Part shown: piece after piece, positions 54,761 through 64,000 of the stretch
Position numbering within the stretch: the stretch's first letter is position 1
Layout of the letters: every line of letters starts with the position of its first letter
Origin: the human T2T-CHM13v2.0 reference genome, Homo sapiens
Direction: 5' to 3' (one strand)
DNA: 64,000 nt
Assembly (NCBI RefSeq): GCF_009914755.1
Contig: NC_060936.1
The notes under the pieces: generated by a model
The model's database searches: none
Told to the model about the DNA's origin: nothing
Seen by the model: the letters and a program-made list of their open reading frames with translations, nothing else
Translations under genes and position numbers: made by a program

Positions 54761-55591
54761 TTAGTAATAGTAATCTAAATGTCCATTGGCAGAAGAGTGG
54801 ATAAATTGGGACATATTCCTCCAAGTAACACCATTTCATTGTAGCTGTGAGGATAAATGAACTGGAGTAGGCTTATACTAGAGTAAACTTGGCATCATTG
54901 CAATTCCCTTCTATAGTTACCTTCGCATTATAGGGGGGAAACCTGGAACTATATTTCCAGCATCTCATTTCTGTATAGTTTTAAATTAGTCTTCCAATGA
55001 GGGGCATTTGCATGAATTTGTAATTCAGAAGAGAAGAGATACTTCTTAATCCATAGTGGCGAATAGATGATATGAGTTTACCAGGCATGCTGAGCAAACT
55101 CTTGCAATTCACCTGCTTCAGTGTAGTAGGTGCTTGAGGTTGTTGTCAGCTGCCTCCTAGATTCTTAGGTTCACAGAGGCTTCTGAGCAAACTCTTGAGA
55201 ATTGCATGAAGCAAAATTGTCACTGGCAGCTTTCCTATCTTGGCTCTTTCATGCCTTGCAATGGTGATGAACACTTCTAATTCTGTGTATTAAGTCTTCT
55301 TTTGCTTGAAATATGTAGCGTAGTTTTGTGTTCATAACCAATCCCTGACTGACCCATTGAGTTACATATACCAGCAGGAATAAGTTTCAACAACATATGG
55401 TTGAGTTTTAAAAGGAGCCTACAGAGTTTTATAAAAGAGAATTAAAAATATGCAAAGTGATATTGCATATGGTTAAGGATACATACACATGTAGTAAAAG
55501 TTTAAAAACATGCACAAAATAGTAAAACCAAATTCAAGGACAGTGGCTACCTCTGGGGCAGAGAAGAGGAGTGGCACTGTGGACAGTTAAC

Positions 55592-55699
55592 TATATATAT
55601 AGTTATATATATATATAGTAATATATGTATAGTAATATATATAGTTATATATATATATAGTAATATATGTATAGTAATATATATAGTTATATATATATA
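55592..55699. repeat. AT-rich minisatellite, 42-bp unit, ~2.5 copies
   Basis: agttat recurs at 55601, 55643 and 55685. Confidence 0.9.
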
Positions 55700-56298
55700 A
55701 CATGCATATATCTGTATGCTTTATTTCCTTAAAAAATCTGGAAAAATATGGAAAATTTGAAAGTTTGGGCAAAGCTGGTTGCTCTTTACATTATTCTCTA
55801 TATTTGTCTCTCTGTGAGAATGATTACATTAAAAAGTGTTTAGTTTTTGAAAATCATGATGTAGACTAATATAGACTGTTGGGTTGATGGACTAAATTTC
55901 TAGTCTGAGATTCTGAAATTGTTTTAAAAAATCTTTTTCAAATTAGGTATATGAAAGTGACAAACTATGTGAACTCTTTTAAAAATGTACCAGTACATTT
56001 AGTACAATCAGAATTATGCAAACCATAAATGGAAGTTATATATATTAATACATGTTTGTGAAAGGTTTAATTTGTATTTGGAAAAATGGTGAAATTTATT
56101 TATTATTGTCACCCATATTGATAGCACTCCACATTTAGTCACAGATAAATACATGTAGTTAGAGACATAACATTGTTAGTGTTAGATAGACTATTTAAAT
56201 TTCTGTTATGTGGTTTTGAATTATTGTCAAAAATTGGAAGTGTTGCATTTGATTTTCCCTTGTTTTATTTTTCTTTTTTGTTTATAAAATTATTTTAG

Positions 56299-56427
56299 AA
56301 AAATCCTGTGGAACAGTTACTTTTTGCTTATAAACTTCTTGACAGAGCAATCGGTGGAATAAATTTGAATTGCATGTTAACCTCTTTGCCAAATGGATCA
56401 TCAGTAATTGACCACTGCTATGCCAAG
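56299..56427 (+). CDS. CFAP54: CFAP54 exon ~16 (129 nt): KNPVEQLLFAYKLLDRAIGGINLNCMLTSLPNGSSVIDHCYAK
   Basis: tattttag|AAA ... AAG|gtaaga. Confidence 0.92.
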
Positions 56428-56792
56428 GTAAGAATGGAAGAGTCTTAAATTAGATTGAAGTTTTACTTAACTGGGAAGAAAACTGGCCTTGAAAGTAGGT
56501 AAGTAAAGCATGACTTGTGTTGGCTTACCTCTCATAGGCCAGAAATATATTTCCCTCTTCCCAGAAGAGAGCTAGGAGAATGAGGAGTCTTTGAATTTGT
56601 TAATGAAGAGGACACTGATGAATTCTAAGGGCATATTTATTAGTGTTTAAGCAAACTGCAAAGGGCTGAGAAGTGAGCAGAATGTAATGGTTACAAATAA
56701 GATGATGATAACTTGAGTGATAATAGTATACAGCTATTTTTGTGTGTTTTGATAACTATATTTCTTTTTATTTCAACTCTGTTGGACCAAAG

Positions 56793-56919
56793 CGTACCCA
56801 CCATATAGATGGAGATACTTACAAACCACTTGCCTCAAATAGTTTCATGATGGATTTGCATCTTGAACTAATTCAAGCTCAGCATCGAATAGCTGTTGTG
56901 CTTCTGGACAAATTGCAAG
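56793..56919 (+). CDS. CFAP54: CFAP54 exon ~17 (127 nt): RTHHIDGDTYKPLASNSFMMDLHLELIQAQHRIAVVLLDKLQ
   Basis: ggaccaaag|CGT ... CAA G|gtagta; weak acceptor but frame-consistent. Confidence 0.88.
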
Positions 56920-57524
56920 GTAGTAGTCACTAAAGCAAGTAACCATTCTGAATCAATTTTAAGCCAGACTCCAGTACAGAATCAATTTAATTTGAAAACT
57001 GTGTTCTTGTTGACTTAAGTTTTCAGATAAATTTCATTTTTTTCTACTTCCCTAATTAATATCAATAAAAACATAATTAAATCTTTCCTTATTGCTTTAC
57101 ACTTTGCATATTAAATCAGTTAGTAAACTTCTTAAAAAGTTAATTATGTTTATTTGTGTTATAGTAAATTATTTTTTGTTAATTCAACCAAGCAAACATT
57201 TACTGAGTACCTACTAAAATCCAGGCATCGTATTAGGCTAGGTGCCAATAAGACAGTCTACTTTTGAGCTTCTAGATGAGTAAGCCAACCATATCAGTTG
57301 AGGTTGATACATTTTGTAATAGGGGTGGGCTCAGAGTATTATGGGCACACAGAAATATCTATATCAAATAAGAAAGTCAGAGATGAGTTCCTGGCAGGGG
57401 CGTGTAAAGCATTCAAATAATATTGTATATAGAGCTAAATAGATTTATTCAAATGCTGGTTAATTTAAGAGTGAGCAGTGTAGACACACTGCTGATTGGT
57501 GCAGGAAGATGAAAAAAATATTTA

Positions 57525-58500
57525 TACTGAGAATTCTAGCCAATGCAAGAAGATAAGAAAAATAAAGATATAAGGATTGGAAAAGAAGAAACAAAACTGT
57601 TCTTTCCAGATTATATGATTGTCTACCTAGAAAATGCAAAAGAATCTATCAGCATATACAAAAATAATAATATATAATACATAATATATAATATGTAATA
57701 TATAATATGTAATTATATTTCTATACAACAGCAGTTAGCAAATATAATAAAAAGACATCATTTTTATATCAAAAAAATCTGTAAGGTACCAAGGGTTTCA
57801 ATCTAACCAAAGAGCTACAAGTATGCAAAAAATTATAAGACTTTACTGAAAAATGTTAAAGAACTATATAAATGAAGGTAGATTGTGTTTATTGATAAGA
57901 AGACCAAATAATCAGAAAGATTATTCTGATTTCAGTTTTATTCAAATAGATCTATAGACTCAATGCAATTTCAATAAAAATTCCAGTAGGATTTTTTTGG
58001 GTAGACCTTTACAATCTTTTTACAAAATGTAGGTAGAAGACATAAATAGCTAAGACATTCCTGAAGGAAAAAAAAATCAGGTGAGTGTAGGGGATCTCGC
58101 TCTAACATAAGTCAAGATTTATTTCAAAGTGCTAGAATACCTCATATTCATTGGATAATTGGATATCCATATGGATAAAACCAAATTACATTTCTTACCT
58201 TCCCATACACAAAAATATCTTCCAGATGCACCAAAGAGTTAAATGTAAAAAAAAAATCTTAAAAACTTTTAGAAGAAGATATGGTAGAATATATTTCTAA
58301 GCTTGGAGTAGGGAAGATCTTCTTAAACAAGATTCAAAAAGTGCTGATCCTAAAAGAAAAAAATGAATACATTAATACATTTGGCTGCATTAATATAAAT
58401 AAATTCTCATCATCAAAAAATTTTAAAGATAAGGAAAGCAAAAAAAAAATAAAAATAAAACCCCAAAACCACACCACACCTAGGAGAAATATTTGCAATT
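57525..58500 (+). mobile_element. Old L1M ORF2 fragment
   Basis: attctagccaatgcaag, gattatatgattgtctacctagaaaat, atctatagactcaatgcaat. Confidence 0.7.
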
Positions 58501-58576
58501 TATATTTCTTTTCTTTTTTTTTCAAATTAAATGCTTTTGCTTTTCCCTTCCAAGTCCCCCATACATTTTTCACAAT

Positions 58577-59355
58577 TGTATTAGTTTGCCATTATTGCTG
58601 TAACAAATTACTACAAACTTGAGTGCATTGAAACAACACAAATATGTTATCTTACAGTTCTGGAGTCAGAAACCTGAACTGCAGCTCACTGAGCCAAAAT
58701 CAAGGTGTCACATGCACATGTATGTTCATTGCAGCACTATTCACAATAGCAAAGACATGGAATTAACCTAAATGCCCATCAATGGTAGACTGGATAAAGA
58801 AAACATGGTAAATACACACTATAGAATACTATGCAGCCATAAAAAGGAACAAGATCATATCCTTTGCAGGAACATGGATGGAGCTGGAGGCTATTATCCT
58901 TAGCAAACTAATGCAGGGATAGAAAACCAAATACTGCATGTTGTCACTTATAAGCGAGAGCTAAATGATAAGAACACATGGACACATAGAGGGGAACAAT
59001 AGACACTGGGGCCTTTCTGAGGGTGAAGGGTGGGATGAGGGAGAAGGTCTGGAAAAATAACTAATGGTACTAGGCTTCATACCTGGGTAACAAAATAATC
59101 TGTATAACAAACTCCCATGACATGAGTTTATCTATGCAACAAACCTGCACATGTACCCCCGAACTTAAAGCGAAAGTTAAATAATAAAATCAAGGTGTCA
59201 ACCGAGCTGTATTCCTTTCTGGAGGCTCTGGGGGAGAACTTGTTTCCTTGTCTTTTCCAGCTTCTAGAGGCTACCTGCATTCTTTGGCTCATGACCACTT
59301 TCTATCTTCAAAGGCAACGATGACCAATTGAATCTTCCTTCTCATGCCATCTCTT
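58577..59355 (-). mobile_element. MLT1-type MaLR LTR interrupted by an L1
   Basis: tgtattagtttgcc...ttacagttctggag...aaaatcaaggtgtca...ttccagcttctagaggct. Confidence 0.75.
58711..59185 (+). mobile_element. 5'-truncated older L1PA/L1PB 3' end
   Basis: 15-bp TSD aaaatcaaggtgtca at 58696-58710 and 59186-59200. Confidence 0.88.
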
Positions 59356-60379
59356 TGTCTAGTGGCAATTTACTAACGATTAGCATGAACAATGTACAAA
59401 AATTCCAAAACATCAATAATAAGACAAATAACAAGACAATAAGCAAAAGAAAGAAGGAGAACTTCATAGAAAAGGAAGAAGTTATGGCCAATATAATTAT
59501 TTTGTAAAGCTAAACATTAATCTAAATTATGACCCAGCAATGTCACTCATAGGTACATACCCTGTAAAATTTCTTGAACGTGTACACCAACTACAGATAG
59601 AAGGATGCTTGTAGAAGCAGTGTTCATAATAGCAAAAAACTGGAAACAACCCAAGTGTCCATTAATAGAGAATTGATAAAGAAACTGTGATATATTCATG
59701 TAAGGGAATATCACATGGCAATGAAAATGACCAACGTGGATGAATTCTAGAAACATAATTTTTGTTTTAAAACAGTAAGTTTTAAAAGACTACATTCAGT
59801 GTGATGGGAGGATGGGGTCAGAAAAAAATAAAATGAAAGACTACATTCAGTAGGATGTTTTAAATCAAGCTCAAAAATGAAAGCTTGGGATTCTTAAGGC
59901 TTATTATATATTATATATAATAAGTAACGTAATAATTGATAAAACTGTATATTAAAAAGTGACCTGCATATACATAAATTTATCATATAAGGAAAACTAT
60001 AGTTATCAGGTATGCAGGTAGTCCATAAAGTCTGGAAACATAGACATATGTCCTTTGAAGACATTATGTATAACTCATCTGCATTTCCAGATTTTATTGA
60101 CACTCTCTATCTATAAAATTAAAAAGAATGACCTTGAGTTTAGGACAGTGGTTCCTTTGTGGAGGTGGCAGGGAGATGGCGTAGGAAGGAAAAGCATATA
60201 GGTAGATGTAAGTTACTGCTAATGTTCCAGTTCTGGTGCTGGGTGGTGGTTTACATGTGTTCATGATATTAATGTGATTTAAAACATACATACATGATAA
60301 ATATATTTTTGTATTTATAAAATAAAATATTCAAAGGTAATTTAAAAATTGAAAGTTTTCCTAGGTTGACAAAAGAATT

Positions 60380-61537
<1,158 letters not shown>

Positions 61538-62104
61538 TTAACTGTGGTAAACTGTTCCCTCCAACTTTTTATTTAACAATTTTTGAGCCTTCAGAAAGTT
61601 GAAAGAATAGTGTAGTGACTATCCACATAACCTTCACCTAAATCCACCAATCATGACCATTTTGCCACGTTTACTGTCTTTCTCTTTACATGCACATATA
61701 AATATGTATATTTATACATCTATGTATAAACATCTGTAGATGTATATACCTATTATATCAATATCATATTATGTATGTGTAGAGATATATACATATACAT
61801 GGACATATCCATAGGCTGAGAAGTTGCAGACATTATGATATATTTTACCCCTGAAAACTGTAGCATTTGTCAGCTAATAATGAGGACATTCTCTCAAATA
61901 ACCATAATACCATTATCACTCTGAAGAAAGGTAACACTGATATAATAATATTATTGATTATATAGTCAATTATTTTTTAGCATCCAATTGATCATTTATT
62001 TACTTTTATGTAATGTGATTTTGGTGTCCCGTCTAAGAACTCCTTACCTAACCCCAGATCATGAAGATTTTCTTATGTTTTCTTCTAAATGTTTTATAGT
62101 TTTA

Positions 62105-62495
62105 CATTTTTAATTGGTATATAATAATTGTACATATTTATGGGGTACATGCAATATTTTAACACGTGCATACAATGTACAAAACTCAACCCAGGGTAAT
62201 TAGGATATTCATCATCTCAAACATTTATCAGTTATTTGTGTTGAGAACATCTCAAATCTTCTAGCTATTTTGAAATGTATAATAAATTATTGTTAACTAT
62301 AGCCACCCTATTGTCCTGTTGAACACTGGAACTTTTTTCTTCTATCTAACAATATGTTTGTACTCATTAACCAATCTCTGGTTATCCCCCTACCCCCAAT
62401 CCCTTCCCAGCCTCTGTTAACCATCATTCGACTCTCTACCTCCATGAGGTAAACTATTTTTTTTAGCTCTCACATATGTCTGAGAACATGCTCTA
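62105..62495 (-). mobile_element. L1MA-like 3' end fragment
   Basis: taattgtacatatttatggggtacatg...ctctctacctccatgag...tgagaacatg. Confidence 0.75.
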
Positions 62496-63245
62496 TTATG
62501 CATCTAATTTTCAAATTGCCATAATTGTTCCCAAATATCCTTTTTGGGGAAAATGGATTTTATTTAAAATGATCTAAGAAGTAATCAAAAATCACTTACT
62601 GCATTTGGCTGTCATATTCTTCTTCAATCTAGAATAACTCCTCCAACTTCTTTTTTTCTTTCATAACATTGATATTTTTGAAGACATGTTCCACAATCTG
62701 ATCTTTCCTAGTAGTTTCCTCATAATCATGCAGGTGATGCTGTTTATATTCCATTGTATCACATTAGATTGCATGCATCGGCTATTTGTTTTATTATTGG
62801 TGAGGCAAAGTGCAATCGTTTTATTAAGCTGATGTCTGCCAGATCTCTGCATTGTAAATGTCCCTCTCCCCTTTGTAGTGAAAAAGTAATTGGTGCTGTT
62901 GGTGATGTAGGAATGAATATCCTGTTCCCCAACAGACTTTCACCCAATGGTCTTACTCCCTCCATTGGTGATCCTTCCTGAATTAATTATTACAGTGGTT
63001 GTACGTGATGATTTTCTAATTGAATTATTCCTTCTAGATTTATTTGGTAACATTCTTTTGTAAACAAGAGCTGTCCCTGCTTTGCCTCTTTTAATTTTTT
63101 GAGTAACACTATGGATCAGATTCCTTTTTTACTAATCTTTTAAAGTCACTTGCCATCATTGTTCTTTGTGATGCTCAAAGTCATAAATTTTGCCAGTGGG
63201 AGGGAGGCCCTTCACACTGGATCCTGTGTTCCTTTGATATGTCCC

Positions 63246-63599
63246 TGATTTGGTTTGGCTGTTTCCCCACCCAAATCTCATCTTGGATTCCCACATGTTG
63301 TGGGAGCAACCCGGTTGGAGGTAATTGCATAATGGGGGCAAGTCTTTCCCATGCCGTTCTCATGATAGTGAGTAAGTCTCACAAGATCTGATGGTTTTAT
63401 AAGAGGAGTTCCCCTCCACAAGTTCTCTCTCTGCCTACTGCCATCCATGTGAGATGTGACTTGTTCCTCTTTGCCTTCTGCCATGATTGTGAGGCTTCAT
63501 TAGCCACATGGAACTGTAAGTCCATTAAACCCCTTTTTCTATATAAATTGCTCAGTCTCAGGTATGTCTTTATCAGCAGCATGAAAACAGACTAATACA
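63246..63599 (+). mobile_element. THE1 (MaLR) solo LTR
   Basis: tgatttggtttggctg...cagcatgaaaacagactaataca; 5-bp TSD gtccc/gcccc. Confidence 0.9.
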
Positions 63600-63819
63600 G
63601 CCCCCATTATTCTTTGAGATTTTTTTTGCTTTCTGTGCAACAAAATATTCTTGACCTATCTTTTGCTTTCTCTACCCCCAGATCTGGAATAAGCTATTTT
63701 TCCAATGATATTTGGTACCTTTTGCTAGGAAATGGTATTTAGAAACCAAGATCTGTAAGCTAAGAGTGCTCATTGCTATTGAGATGTCAATGGCTCCTTT
63801 TAGTAGATAGAGCTAAGAA

Positions 63820-63821
<2 letters not shown>

Positions 63822-63856
<35 letters not shown>
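63822..63856. repeat. (CA)n microsatellite
   Basis: direct reading. Confidence 0.97.
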
Positions 63857-63859
<3 letters not shown>

Positions 63860-63884
63860 GTATATATATTTAAATCACAAGTTC

Positions 63885-64000
63885 TTTTTTTTTTTTTTTT
63901 TTTTGAGATGGAGTCTTACTCTGTCACCCAGGCTGGAGTGGTGCGATCACCCAGTGGTGCGATCTCAGCTCACTGCAACCTCGGCCTCCTGGGTTCAAGC
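63885..64000 (-). mobile_element. Antisense Alu, cut by the window end
   Basis: poly-T then gagatggagtctt... Confidence 0.93.

Noticed and set aside
63246-63599. THE1 LTR as a DUX4-responsive internal promoter
   Set aside because: The DUX4-type motif expected as taattgaatca reads taattgcataa here, and the sequence alone gives no evidence of activity.

Overview
Human (or very close primate) genomic DNA, about 40% GC by eye and dense in repeats, lying entirely inside one + strand multi-exon gene. Sixteen GT-AG exons between 2997 and 56919 splice into one uninterrupted frame of 2093 nt. I recognise the peptide (ATSLFNIWTKYAPRLPADYYNEKLLKVG...AQHRIAVVLLDKLQ) as the N-terminal part of CFAP54 (C12orf55), a ciliary/flagellar central-apparatus C1d protein. 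These are probably exons 2-17; numbering is from recall, and exon 1 and the 3' exons lie outside the window. The introns hold about 48 Alu/FLAM copies, old L1/L2/MIR fragments, solo LTRs (MER41-, MER21-, MST-, MLT1- and THE1-like), small DNA transposons and microsatellites. Nearly all ORFs in the supplied track are Alu- or low-complexity artefacts. I do not see a new multi-gene biological system. The most interesting signals are small-scale: a TSD-bounded L1 3' transduction, a 35-bp orphan retro-insertion, a ~205-bp non-TE duplication bracketing exon 5 that keeps an Alu empty site, a candidate in-frame antisense Alu exon, a ~196-nt AG-free zone before exon 15, weak splice sites on exons bracketed by inverted Alus, and several local tandem duplications. 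Repeat subfamily names are by-eye calls and repeat boundaries are approximate.
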